In this document: positions 14,818-27,999 of the stretch, one piece after another
Layout of the letters: every line of letters begins with the position of its first letter
How positions within the stretch are numbered: the stretch's first letter is position 1
From: the human T2T-CHM13v2.0 reference genome, Homo sapiens
Length of the DNA: 64,000 bases
Direction: 5' to 3' (one strand)
NCBI RefSeq assembly: GCF_009914755.1
Contig: NC_060945.1
Notes under the pieces: model-generated
Databases searched by the model: none
What the model saw: the letters and a program-made list of their open reading frames with translations, nothing else
What the model was told of the DNA's origin: nothing
Position numbers and translations under genes: made by a program

Positions 14818-15182
14818 GTGCCTATCACCGCACCTGGGTAATTTTTGTATTTTTAGTAGAGATGCACTTTCACCACGCTGGCCAGGCTGTTCTCGAATTC
14901 CTGACCTCAAGTGATCCACCCACCTCGGTCTCCCAAAGTTCTGGGATTATAAGCATGAGCCACCATGCCTGGCCAATGTCCATGTTTAGATTGATAAAGT
15001 CCTTCCTCTATGTCACATTTTAGACGTTGGTTCTATAAAGGTGATAAAAGAATCATCTAGCTGTTTATGAAATCATTTTGGAATTTTATAGTTGAGAAAT
15101 GCTTTGTTTCTATAAGCTGTCAACTTGTAAACATAAGGACCAGAAAATATCATGGATAAATTTCAAATGCCTATTTTCTGTA

Positions 15183-17509
15183 TGTATTAGTTTGTTCTCA
15201 CACTTTCAATAACGACATACCAGAGACTGGATAATTTATAAAGGAAAGGTTTAATTGACTCAGAGTTCAGCATGGCTGAGGAAGCCTCAGGAAACTTACA
15301 CTCATGGCAGAAAGGGAAGCAAACATGTCCTTCTTCACATGGTGGCAGGAGAGAGAAGAATGAGTGCCCAGTGAAGGGGGAAGCCCCTTATAAAACCATC
15401 AGATCTCGTGAGAACTTACTATCATGAGAACAGAATGGGGGAAACTGCCTCCATGATTCAATTATTTCAATCTGGTCCTCCCACAAAATGTGGAGAAAAT
15501 GGGAACTACAGTTCCAGGTGAGATTTGGGTGGGGACACAGCCAAACCATATAATTCTGCCCTGGACATGCCCAAATCTCATGTCCTCACATTTCAAAAGA
15601 TAATTTCACCCTTCTAACACTCCCCCAACGTCTTAACTCATTCCAGCATTAACTCAGAAGTCCAAATCCAAAATTTCATCTGAGACAGAGCAAGTCCCTT
15701 CTTCCTATGAGCTTGCAAAATCAAAAGCAAGTTAGTTACTTTCTAGATACAATGAGGGTACAGGCATTTGGTAAATACACCCATCCCAAATGGGAGAAGT
15801 TGGTCAAAACAAAGGGGCTACAGGACCCATAAAGTTCCAAAATCCAATAGGGCAGTCATTAACCATTAAAGGTCAAAATGATCTCCTTTGACACTATGTC
15901 TCACATCTAAGGCATGCTGATGCAAGAGGTGGGCTCCCACAGCCTTGGGCTGTTCTGCTTCTGTGGCTTTGCAGGGTCCAGCACCACTCCAGGCTGCTTT
16001 CATAGCTGACATTGAGTGTCAGCAGCTTTTTGAGGTGCATGGTGAGAGCTGTCAGTTGATCTACCATTCTGGGGTCTAAAAGACGGTGGCCCTCTTCTCA
16101 CAGCTCCACTAGGCGTTCCTCACTGGGGAAACTTTATGGGGACTCCAACCTAACATTTCCCTTCCACACTGCCCTGGCAGAGGTTCTCCATGGGGGCCCT
16201 GTACCTGCAGCAAATCTCTGCCTGAACATCCAGGCATTTCCATATATCCTCTGAAATCTAGGCAGAGGTTCCCAAATCTCAATTCTTGTATTCTGCACAC
16301 CCACAGGCTCAATAACATGTGGAAGCTGCCAAGGATTGGAGCTTGCACCCTCTGAAGTAACAGCCTGAGCTGTACCTTGGCCCCTTTTAGCCATGACTGG
16401 AGCTGAAGCAGCGGGGGTGCAGGGCACCATATCCTGAGGCTGCATAGAGAAGAGAGCCCTCCAAAACAGTTTTCTCTCCTAGGCCTTTGGGCCTGTGATG
16501 GAGGGACTGCCATGAAGGTCTCTTACACACCCTGGAAACATTTTCCCCATTGTCTTGGTGATTAATATTTGACTCCTAAGTATTTATGCAGATTTCTGCA
16601 GCAGGCTTGAATTTCTGTCAAGAAAAAATGGGTTTTTCTTTTCTATTACATTGTCAGGCTGCAACTTTTTCAAACTCTTATGCTCTGCTTTCTCTTGAAC
16701 ACTTTGCTGCTTAGAAACTTATTCCACCAGATACCCCAAATCATCTCTCTCAAGTTTAAAGTTCCACAGATCTCTGGGGCAAGGGCAAAATGCTGTCAGT
16801 CCCTTTGCATAGCAAGAGTGACTTTTACTCCAGTTCCCCACAAGTTCCCCATCTCCATCTGAGACTGCCTCAGCCTGGATTTCATTGCCCGTATCACTAT
16901 CAGCGTTTTGGTCAAAGCCATTCAACAAGTTTCTAGGAAATTCCAAAGTTTCCCACATCTTCCTGTCTTCTGAGCCCTCCAAGTCTCTGGGAATTTCCAT
17001 ACTTCCCCACATATTCCTGTCTTTTTCTGAGGCCTCCAAACTGTTCCAGCCTCTGCCCGTTACCCAGTTCCAAATTTACCTCCACATTTTTGAGTATCTT
17101 TATAGTAGCACCCCATTCTTGGTAACAATGTACTGTATTAGGCCATTCTCTTGGTGCTTAAAAACATACTTGAGACTGGGCAATTTATAAAGGGTAGAAG
17201 TTTAATTGACTCACACTTCCACATGGTTAGGGAAGCCACAGGAAACTTACAATTATGGTGGATGGGGAAACAAACATGTCCTTCTTCACATGGTGGCAGG
17301 AGAGAGAAGAATGAGTACCCAGTGAAGCAGGAAGCCCCTTATAAAGCCATCAGGTCTCATGAGAACTAACTCACTATCATGAGAACAGGATGGGGAAAAC
17401 TGCTCTGATTATTTAATTATTTTCACCTGGTCCCTCCCATAACACGTGGGGATAATAGGAACCATAACTCAAGATGAGATTTGGGTGGGGACACAGCCAA
17501 ACCATATCA
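15183..17509 (-). mobile_element. Full-length THE1D-like MaLR (5' LTR 17134-17509, internal 15554-17133, 3' LTR 15183-15553)
   Basis: Two direct LTRs tgtattag...ccaaaccatatca around a 1.6-kb THE1/MST internal region. TSD ctgta/ctata. Confidence 0.93.
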
Positions 17510-18599
17510 CTATACTATGCAAATTCTCCTCTTCTAGTTATTGTTGTATTTCAAAGACCTCAGAAAGTCTATGGGTTGGAAGGTGTGTCATTTTGTTTTC
17601 CTTTTTAAGGTAAATCAAACAGCTACTGAGGCACTATTTACCTGAAATGGAGCAGCCTTTGCATGCAGTCTCAACTTCAAAGTTAACAAAGAAATATAAA
17701 TTTTAAAAGCCCTCAAAGATGGATATTTAACTATTAAATAAACATGTTTAATAGTTATCATGGGGGAAAATTCACATTATGTATTATATGTGTAATACAT
17801 AAACACACACACTATATATAATTTCCTTTTTATTGTCATTATTTTCTGGTCAAGCAATCTTTTATCCTCTTTTTAAAACACCACAAGTTAATGATTGATA
17901 ATTTGGGAGAGAACACCACTGAGTGTTTTTCAGGTTGTGAATCAGCTTTAAACCTAAGGTACTACTCTGAACACGTGGCCACTGACCCTGGGGCTTAACC
18001 ATAACTCAACTTTTGCTGAGCTTCAAACACTAGTTCTAGTGACAAATGGAACAAATTCTACAAACTGCTTCACACAAATAATGCTTTTGGATTGCTTGTT
18101 GTGCTCACTTGCAGAGCTGAGAGAACCATTTTTCTTCTAATCCTTATGGACAAAAATGCATTAGTCTTTCCACTTCTAATCCAATCCGTGCCATATTTTC
18201 TCTTGTGAGTAAATGGTTTTGTGGAGTCTCTGTTGGTCGTTATAACCCCTGCCTTATGAAAGCTTCTGTTCTATTCAGAACTTCTTTATTCTTCTGTAAC
18301 CTTCAATATAGCACTTTGTCTGTCTGTAAATAACAGTTAGATAGTTCAGGATAAAGATGTCTTAATCTTATCATTACTTGACTTTATATAGCTATGTAAA
18401 CAAAATGTAATATGTGCATAACTATATATAAAACATAAAATTTCAAGGATGTTAAAAACAGATATAATATGTAAATAAAATAAATATCATAATTTTTAAG
18501 AAGAAACATAGTATATGCTTTAAAGATGGACTACTAGGCAATTTGACTCCTGCCTGTGTCCATACACTTAACAGTTATAAAATGTATCCTCACTGAAAA

Positions 18600-18726
18600 C
18601 CTTCACTTAGCACTGCATTTATCAAACCCTATGTACTTTCAAAATTTATACCAATTAACACCCTACAAAATAGTTATTACTATTAATGTCATTTTACAGA
18701 TGAAAAAGCTGAGATACTGAGTGACT
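18600..18726 (-). mobile_element. MIR fragment
   Basis: MIR core cattttacagatgaaaaagctgaga. Confidence 0.65.
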
Positions 18727-18961
18727 TTAAACATAAGCTATAACATCATAAAATTTCAATTTCTCCATTTGCATAGAATATGTGTGTTTAACAAAACTTT
18801 TCAATATATCTATATTTTACATGACATTTTAAAATTCGTGGAAAGCAAGTTCTAATAAATTACAATGTGCATAATATTGTCTTGATCATGGTTTGTGCTC
18901 AAAGTAAGTGGTTGATTATTTAAGGAATTCAAGTAGAAAATGTATAGCTGTGTTTAAGGAC

Positions 18962-19245
18962 TGTGAAAGATTAGAAAGTTTTTACCCTACGAGAAATCTA
19001 AGTAGGTATCTTTTCAAAATTGTATGAATTACAGTAGAAGATAAAAGACTCCTGAATCAGATACAAAGAAGAGTTTTTTATTATCAACAATCAGCATAGC
19101 TAGAGTACTGGCATTTCTGCACCAGTTTCTGAGACCCAGTTTTCACAGGGTAATGTGAAGAGGGATAGTTAAACCTGCATAAGCGGTAAGCTTCCTTACT
19201 GCAGAAAAATCCCGAGTTTATGTATGCCCATTATTTTTAACTGTT
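18962..19245 (-). mobile_element. LTR40-like ERVL LTR fragment
   Basis: gtagaagataaaagactcctgaatcagatacaaag...ctagagtactggcatt...cacagggtaatgtgaagaggg. Confidence 0.6.
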
Positions 19246-20029
19246 CAGTTAGAATGTTTATTTTTTGCTCTTCAAAAGTAGATACTCTGTATTTTCTAAG
19301 GCTCTTATACAAACACTTTTAAAAACACAGTTTGGAAAAAGGTACAAATGTGTCCTCATTTGTAAGATAATGCATAAATGTAAGAAACCACCAAGAATTT
19401 GCTCCCTAACATTCTTTTTAAAATTATTTACCCTATACTGCACTGATTTGGGTAGTGCATATTTTTTAGACAGCCAAATATTTTTATTAGTTTTCAAAGT
19501 AGATGTCTCCTAGTCACTACCTACCTGTGAACCCGACTCTACAGTAGTAGAAGTATGAATGGTACATCTATTCAAACAAGAGAAATTACATAAAAAACTA
19601 CATTGGTTGGATATCTTGTGTGTCATTCTCCAGGTCCCATGCTGGTTTTAAGCATAACCATATCAGCTTAATATAAAACCATGGACTTCCTAAAATTAGA
19701 GAACTTAAAACAACGGAGATGAAGCTACATGAAAGAGACCCTGGATTATTAACCATGTGGAGCTTTAATGAAGGTTCGATAGAAAACAACTATTGGTAAA
19801 AGCCTAAGTCAACAGGATTGATACACAGGTTGTTTACATAAGCTATGTCTACTGTATATCAATCCATTGTCTTGAAAACATTATACTCAAATGAATTTAG
19901 TTGAAAGAATATACTTATAAGTTTGTCATCGTTAAGGAAACCAACAGCAGATGGCACAACACCCAGAGACTAGTACCCGTGTTAATCCACTACTCCCCTT
20001 AGGTCTAGAGTATCAAAATAAATGAGGTA

Positions 20030-20340
20030 GATAACATTGCAGCCCTGTATTTTTCATCTTTCATGGTTTCACCACCTTTTCCTATGTTACTAGGCAGTTC
20101 ATCTTAATAGAAAAGTAGGGTCTACCTTCCAGGCCTTTGATTTTTAGTTTGGCCATGTGATTTGCTTTGACCAGTTGTTAGCCCATGTGATGCATGCAGA
20201 AATCCAACAACACATTTGAGTGTTTGAACTTCCAGATTTGCTCTTCTGCCATCACTGTGAGAGTATTCCTGAGCCAGCCAGCTGGAGGGAAAAACAGGAG
20301 GAGCAGGGCTGAGTCGCACCAGTCATATACGTGTGGCCAT
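20030..20340 (+). mobile_element. MLT1H/I-like LTR fragment
   Basis: ttggccatgtgatttgctttgacca and ctcttctgccatcactgtgagag motifs. Confidence 0.6.
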
Positions 20341-21057
20341 CTTGTATCATCTTTAATGCTATTTCATCTAAGTCTGAAAGTGGAGAAGTCTTGAGAAAAG
20401 GTAATGGTGCAAAGAGAGATAAGAAACATGGAAACTGAGGGAATCTAAAAAGGTAAACAAGAATTTTGTCCCAATAGAGATTCTTAGTTAAAGACAATTT
20501 GTATATTTATGTCCAATATTTTCTCCCATATTGTCATTACTGAAAAATTCTGTATCATATCTTAGATTCGAATATTCAACTGTTTTTGCTTCAATCTTTG
20601 AAAAATGGCATGCCATTAATTGGTCAATTCAAGTTCTTCACTTAAGGAAAGTAGAAAACAGAGAAAGTGATTTACAACTTAGTTACAATCACAATCACAA
20701 GATGACAGGATCAATCAGCTGATTCTGTCATCTTATCCTGGGTGGTAGCACTTTTCCTGTGAGGTCATTATCTTGGAATCAACAGTATCTATTTCTGAAT
20801 TCCAAAGAATAAGATAATTAAATGTACATTTAATTCAAATAAAAGACAAACTGTTTTTCAATCATTGTTTAGTAAACTAAGTTTCTTTGAATGAACTATG
20901 GTTTATTTTTGTTGAAATATGTACAAAGGTTAAATATGTGATGTTTCCATATTAATCACCTATTATTTTGTAACTTTTCTATTATAAGAAATAAGGTCTT
21001 GCTATTAGTTGTCTATGCATTTGAAGTCTGAGCAACTTCCTTCTTTAATATTGGACA

Positions 21058-21345
21058 GGCCGGGCGCAGTGGCTCACGTCTGCAATCCCAGCACTTTTGG
21101 AGGCCAAGGCGCGAGGTCAGGAGTTCAAGACCAGCCTGGCCAACACAGTGAAACCCCATCTCTACTAAAAATACAAAAAATTAGCCGGGTATGGTAGCGG
21201 GTACCTGTAATCCCAGCTACTCAGGAGGCTGAGGCAGGAGAATAGCTTGAACTGAGAGGCGGAGGTGGCAGTGAGCCGAGATCGCGCCACTGCACTCCAG
21301 CCTCGGCAACAGTGCGAGACTCCGTCTCAAAAAACAAAACAAAAA
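21058..21345 (+). mobile_element. AluS with a small left-arm deletion
   Basis: ggccgggcgcagtggctcac... TSD aatattggaca/aatactggaca. Confidence 0.94.
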
Positions 21346-22950
21346 AATACTGGACAAAAGATAATGTACAATAGCAGTCCCTTGACCTCATTTTTTAAAT
21401 AAAAAATGGAAGATTGTAGCTTAGCTAGGGAAACAGTATAATTGCAAGGTAGCAAGTGTGTCAGCTCAGCCTTCACATTCTCTGGTCATAGAATACAGAT
21501 TGCCAAATTTTACATTTAATCTGGGAATGTACCTTGAACAATTGTGAACAACTATCTGTGAACGTGTCTTGCAGACAAACCCCTTTATTCAAGGGAAACT
21601 AGTCTACTGGCCTGTGTCCATAATTTGATTGATTTTGCTCCTCTGTTTCTCCAGACCTACACAGATGTTCTATTTCTTCACTGTTTAAAAGTCTTTTTTG
21701 TTGGACTCCACATTTCTGTGATTGTAATGGGAAATACAGCTGTCTTCTGGTTCAACCCCTCAGACTCTAATCATAGTTTTAATGATGAAAATATAAGTAA
21801 CCAAATTACATATATAGGTAACCAAATGGTTACCAACATGTAACCATTATTGGTGCTATTGTGAAAATCACATGTCAAAATAATTTACTTTCACTTCAAA
21901 ATACTCCATAGACAGAGTAATTTGAAAAGTAAGTCTATTTTGTTATAATGAGTCAGCCACAAATAATGAGTTAGCTTAGCACTAAAAAATGGGATAATCT
22001 TGATTACATTCCTTCCATAGTGTAGTGTATGCATCTGTATGTATATTGTTCGTTTTCTTCATACTTTTTGTGTCATAAGCACAAGGGACAATAGGAATTT
22101 GATGACTTCATGACCTGATGTAAGCCATTATGATTATATTGAGCCATGCCTTGCAAAAATTAATGTTGAAAAATGAGATCATTTATGAGATGAAACTACG
22201 ATGTAGCTTTGAAAATATAAAGCAATTTTATAAGTTCAGTATAGTTTTTAAAAAGTAATCTTACACTCAAGAGATCTGAATCTTTCTAATTGTAAAGTGA
22301 GTAAAGGAGCAAAAATAAAACATGTTCACATTCTTTTGAAGAAACCTCCACAATAGACCACTGTATGTAATGATTCCTTAGCCAAAGGCAAATTTCTTCG
22401 AATTTCTTCCTTTGGCCTCTACAATATACATAACACATACACATTGCCAGATTTTAAAAAAATTAGAAAGGATTAAAGGAATTAAATAATTAAGTTATTT
22501 AAATATATAAATATAGCAACAAAGGCTATCATATCATTATAAACTGAATATTATAAAATGAATATTAAAAGTTAACACAGTTCCTTTTTATTTTAAAGTC
22601 ACAAGACACATACCTAGATAACATGTGCATCAAAAGAAATTCAAGATGAAATTTATAACTCTCAAAAGTAATGAAAACCATGATGGTTTATGATAAAACT
22701 ATTGGTAAAAGCCAAATTTCACTCAGTTTATAAACTAAAGTGTCTTCATAATCAAACAGAAAAATTAAAGTAGTTTTATATTCAAATTAAGATGTTAGAG
22801 AAAAAAATTCCCAATTAGCTATAAGTAATTTAGAAAATTTAAGTGAAGATTTAAAGTAAAATTAATAGATTAGAGAAATGAAGGTTAAAATATCTACGAA
22901 TGCCATATTTGCCATATTTTGAGCACCCAGTAATTGTTTCTGGTTCCTAA

Positions 22951-23714
22951 TGAAATAAGAGAGTTCCCTGACCCCCTTGCAGGACTTGTGACAAAGGTGT
23001 GGCTCCTTTGCTTGTCTGTCATTTACTCAAACCCCTTACAGAAGGGGGAGCATGCAGAGGGGCAGGTGCAGGAGACAGGGAGCAAGCTTCTGGGCTCTGG
23101 CCCCACTATAGCATCTAGGGGTGTATTACAATTAATGCCCTTTTAGCAGTTTTGCTGTCCGAGGATGGCTAGGAATTAAACCTGCTCAGTGGAGAGTCCG
23201 GGTGACAGCCTTAACATCCTGCCCTCTTGGTACCGGGGTCCTTGTCTGGCATCCAGGAAGAATCAAGTCACTCGGACTTGAAGGATGGTGAATGCGAGGA
23301 TTTTATTGAGTGGTGGAAGTGGCTCTCAGTGGGATGGATGGGGAGCTGGAGAGGAGATGGAGTGGGAAGATGATCTTGCCTGGAGTTCAGTCATCCCACA
23401 GCTGAGCTCCTCTCCAACCGTCCCCAGCCGGACTCCTCCCTACGTTCAGACACTCCTCCTCTTCTCTCCTTCTCTGGTGTGCTGCTCTGCCACTCTGCTG
23501 CTCCTCTACTCCTCTGTTTGTGGAGCTTGGGGTTTATATGGGCACAGGATAAGGGTGTGGCGGGCCAGAACTGTCTTGGAAAAGGCAATATTTGAGCGTG
23601 AAAACAGGAATGTCTGTTCCCATTTAGGGCCAGGGGTTTCCAAGCTTGATGGTGGGGTTTTTCCTGGGCACCACCCTTTTCTACCCAGTATTTCCCTGCA
23701 TCCTGTCTGTATCA
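22951..23714 (-). mobile_element. MER50-like ERV1 solo LTR
   Basis: Reverse complement starts tgatacagacaggatgcagggaaatactgggtagaa, as in MER50. TSD ctaa/ctac. Confidence 0.88.
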
Positions 23715-23740
23715 CTACCATTTCCTTTTGGTTTTTCTCC

Positions 23741-23742
<2 letters not shown>

Positions 23743-23773
<31 letters not shown>
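23743..23773. repeat. (TG)15 microsatellite
   Basis: Directly visible. Confidence 0.97.
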
Positions 23774-23774
<1 letters not shown>

Positions 23775-24224
23775 TCCATGTTTATTCTTTCCTTTTGTCC
23801 TAATTTTTTCCTTTTTCTAATCATGCAAACTCCTGGAAAATTACTTAAAATTGTAATTCAGGGATGTGTCAAAATAATAAAAAAAATTAACAATGTAGTT
23901 TGAGGATGAAAGTGTCAGTGATGAGAATGAAAGTTCTGTAAGCACCGAAATTATTTAAAATGAATGAGGAAATTCAAGTATAATATGTAATTAAGATTAT
24001 TACCATCTCACTGAAAGCGTTTGTAATATGTAATTATCAAAAAATTAAGAATAGTTACTGGGAAAAAATACAGAGCATTACAGAGAAAAAAAATACAAGA
24101 TGCACATACCCTAAATTTACACAATAGAAAAATGAAAAGAAGAAATTCTACAAAATCTAAAAAAGAAAAAATGTTTGGGCTTTAATTCATGGAAACAAAA
24201 GTAAATAAAGAACACTTTCGTGTT

Positions 24225-24583
24225 GTATTAGTCTTCTAGTGTTTCATAACAGATTGTCACAAAGCTAATGGCTTAAAACATGCATAGTTTTTTAAACTTC
24301 CATTTCCATTTCACGATCAAAAACAAGAGGTCCTCTTTGCAGTCCTCTAAATAGACTCTCTTACAGCATGGTGAGCTTACTTCCCCAAAGGTAAAGAGGA
24401 AGAGTGTCTCTGGTACAAGAGGTAGCTTTGTGCATAGATACTGTAACCTAAGCACAGGAGCGACACCAATCTCCTTCACAGTATTCTATTATTAGAAACA
24501 AGTCACAGACTCCTTCCACATTGAAGGGCAAGGACTTATACAGACCTTGAATATGGGGACAACTCTAAGGTCTATCCAATATA
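24225..24583 (-). mobile_element. MLT1F/G-like LTR, internally deleted
   Basis: tgtattagtc...aatggcttaaaaca and tattctattattagaaacaagtcacag. Confidence 0.7.
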
Positions 24584-25089
24584 CCTAGTAAATAAATACC
24601 CTTGGATTGGGTTAAACAATCCACTACTATAAAATTTTCTGAGGATTGACAAAGAAATAGTATTTAAATAAAAGAAGAAAAATGTGTTCTGATATTGTGT
24701 TAGTAAAATAGCATTAAACACAAAAGGCATAAAAAGGGGGCAAAAATCACGAAGCAGGCTACACACTGTGAGACTGAACTGGTTGTTAGAAAAATAGAAG
24801 AATGTCAGAAATAAAACAGGGTTCATTTTAACTCATGAATTTGAATCTCCATTTATATGTCACTTCCTAAATATTGTATCTTGTATCACTTGATCCCCTA
24901 GCTTTTCTATACTTTCCAGTTCTTCTTTTTGATATGTCCATTATACATATAATTAGTTGATTAATATTTGTATTCTAGCCTTAACTGCAGTTCCATGACA
25001 GGAGGTATTCAAACAGTCACTATTATCCAGAAATATATCTAGTATGTAACAAAAGCTTAATAAATCTTTAGCAAATTAAAATTAAAACA

Positions 25090-25381
25090 GGCTGGGCACA
25101 GTGGCTTACGCCTGTAATCCCAGCAGTTCGGGAGGCCAAGGACAGCAGATCACAAGGTCAGGAGTTCAAGACCAGCCCGGCCAATATGATGAAACCCTGT
25201 CTCTACTAAAAATACAAAAATTAGCCAGGCGTGGTGGCCGGTGCCTGTAGTCCCAGCTACTTGGGAGGCTGAGGCAGAAGAATCACTTGAACCCAGGAGG
25301 CGGAAGTGGTAGTGGGCCAAGATCACGCCACTGCACTCCAGCCTGGGTGACAGAGGTAGACTCAGTCTGGGGAAAAAAAAA
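25090..25381 (+). mobile_element. Alu, AluSg-like
   Basis: Full dimer. TSD aaattaaaaca/aaattaaaca. Confidence 0.93.
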
Positions 25382-26449
25382 TTAAACAGATTACAGAATA
25401 AAATACAGTGACAGGAAATAATTAGAATATCAAAAAATAAGCTATTGAGAGTCTTCTTCTTAATAAACTTAGTACTAATGAAAATAAATATTATTGCTAT
25501 AAGTAGAATTTCAGACATTTTTAGTTTAATAAATATAAGAAAACAAAAGAATTTGAACTATTTCAGGAGAGTTTGATTAAAGCTATTATATTAAAGTTAG
25601 GCTGGAAATTTCAGATGTTCAAACATGTATTTTTTCTTTAATCAAGGCTATCTAGCTGCATCTACTCTATTCAATATATATTTGCACATTCTTAAGATAT
25701 CTTCAATTAAGCTTATAAAAATATGAATTTACATTTGCAGCATGATTTACTTTTCAGGATTGATCTTTTAAAATTTGTACAAATTTAATATCTTACAAAT
25801 ATTGCAATTTTTTCGAACACTGCCAAAATATAATTGATATCATGAAATATTCATTTAAATTACTCAAATATGTCAACAGGCAAAAATACATTTAGTAACC
25901 ACTACATGTATAGAGAATAAAAATTCCAGTTTGGATGTGATGTTATATGTCAGTATGTAAACCCATGCTTTAAATAGACCATTTTGTTCTTTAAAAAAAT
26001 TATCTGTAGTTTTCTCTGTGGAACCGATAATATTAGAGATAATTTCTCATAACAGGAAAAAGGGGAGGAAGTAAAAAGGAAGAAAAGAAGGATGGAAGAA
26101 ATTAAGGAAAACAAAAGGGAAAAAAGAGATAACAAAAGAAAGAAAAAACACAAGTATCCTACACAAGTATACAGCTCATTGTACTCTAGTGAGATGAATG
26201 AATTATAGATACAATAACATAATAATAATTTTTGGTGTTTATTTGAAAAGCAAATGCTGCCTTTCTCTATATCAGCTTATGTTGGATATCTTATTATCCT
26301 AATCAAAAGTCAGTATAACAGAAGAGTAGAAAGGACTACTGAAATGTGACTGAGATAAAAATTATTTAAATGTAAATAAATAATAATTAGGGTGTAGTGA
26401 ATGAAGAATGAGGTGAATGAAGAAAGGAGCATTAAAAAGAATAAATATG

Positions 26450-26826
<377 letters not shown>

Positions 26827-27530
26827 TTAATATAGCAAAAAAGTCAAAATACAATAGCATGCATAATAGTTTCAAATTAAGACTAAGTTGATTGAAGACA
26901 GTGAAAGAAATGTGGAGAGCAGTAAGAGAAATTAAAGAATAAGAGAAATAAAGCATGAGGGAAATGAAAGCACAGATCATGAAGGAAGAAATGAAAAGGG
27001 AAGTAAAATACAGCAATGACAATAAAAATATTAATGAAGAAAATATGGGTATGTCATAATGGAAAAAAAATTAGAAAGAACAATCTGAAAAGTATTGATG
27101 CCTCTGTAAGGAAGCGTGAAATGGGGAGTTGGAATATTGTAAACGTCTTTTTATCTCCTTCTTGTTACCTAGGCTGAGTGTTGCAGAGTCCTAACTGAGG
27201 GCAGTTGGCTTCCCCAAGAAAGTGAGACACCTTGGAAAGGCTGACTCTGACCTGCAGTGACCATATATCAGTTCCATATGACAGAATGTCTCCTTCCAAT
27301 GGATGTTGATCACCTTGTCACCTGTTGCCTAAATGACCTTGTCTATTGTCCATTATTTTGATGTATCCAGAGGGGCAACAAATCACTCTCCTAGCTGCAC
27401 AATCATTCTCCTGGTAAATGTATTAGGCTTACCAAAGAAACGTACAAAATCCCATCTGAGAATGGTCAGTTTTCCAAGCTGAACTACATCATGAAGTAAA
27501 CCTCAAGATCAAGAAAGTGATCGAAATTAC

Positions 27531-27654
27531 TTTTTTTTTTTTTTTTTGAGACGGAGTCTCCCTCTGTTGCCCAGGCTGGAGTGCTGTGGCGCGGTCTTAG
27601 CTAACTGCAAGCTCCGCCTCCTGGATTCACGCCATTCTCCTGCCTCAGCCTCCC
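27531..27654 (-). mobile_element. 5'-truncated AluY (3' part of right arm only)
   Basis: Poly(T) plus gagacggagtctc...gcaagctccgcctcc...ttcacgccattctcctgcctcagcctccc, then an abrupt end. Confidence 0.9.
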
Positions 27655-27774
27655 AACTCCGCTGATATTACCACAGGTCTTGATATAACTCAGCCTTTGG
27701 AGGCATCACTCAGGATGGTAACAGACATGGCTAGCCTTGGAGATACTTCTCATTTTAAAATCGCTTGCCAGCTT

Positions 27775-27999
27775 TTGGAATGGAACTTATACCATCAGCT
27801 CTCCTGACTCTCAGGTCTTCAGAACAGGCTAGAACTATACATTGTTTCTCTAGCTTGTCAACTGCAGATCCTGGGAATTCTCAGCCTCCATAATCATATG
27901 AGCCAATGCTTTATCACGAATAAATGCATGTGTGTGTTTGTGTATATATATATTTATTTATATCCTACTAGTTATATTTCTTTGGAGAACCCTAATATA
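27775..27999 (+). mobile_element. MLT2 (ERVL) LTR 3' fragment
   Basis: ccatcagctctcctg...ctcagcctccataatcatatgagccaat...tggagaaccctaata. Confidence 0.8.

Noticed and set aside
16930-17045. Tandem duplication of about 55 bp within the THE1 internal region
   Set aside because: The same duplication is present in the second element (33945-34060), so it is a subfamily feature and not specific to this locus.
16109-17190. 100-136-aa ORFs in THE1 internal regions (also 34295-34820)
   Set aside because: Fragments of the decayed MaLR internal ORF, broken by stops and frameshifts.
23285-23803. 172-aa ORF
   Set aside because: Antisense frame through a MER50 LTR running into a (TG)n repeat, with no protein similarity I recognise.
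27130-27520. Moderately GC-richer unique stretch, possibly an exon or ERVL internal remnant
   Set aside because: No recognisable ORF or repeat match by eye.
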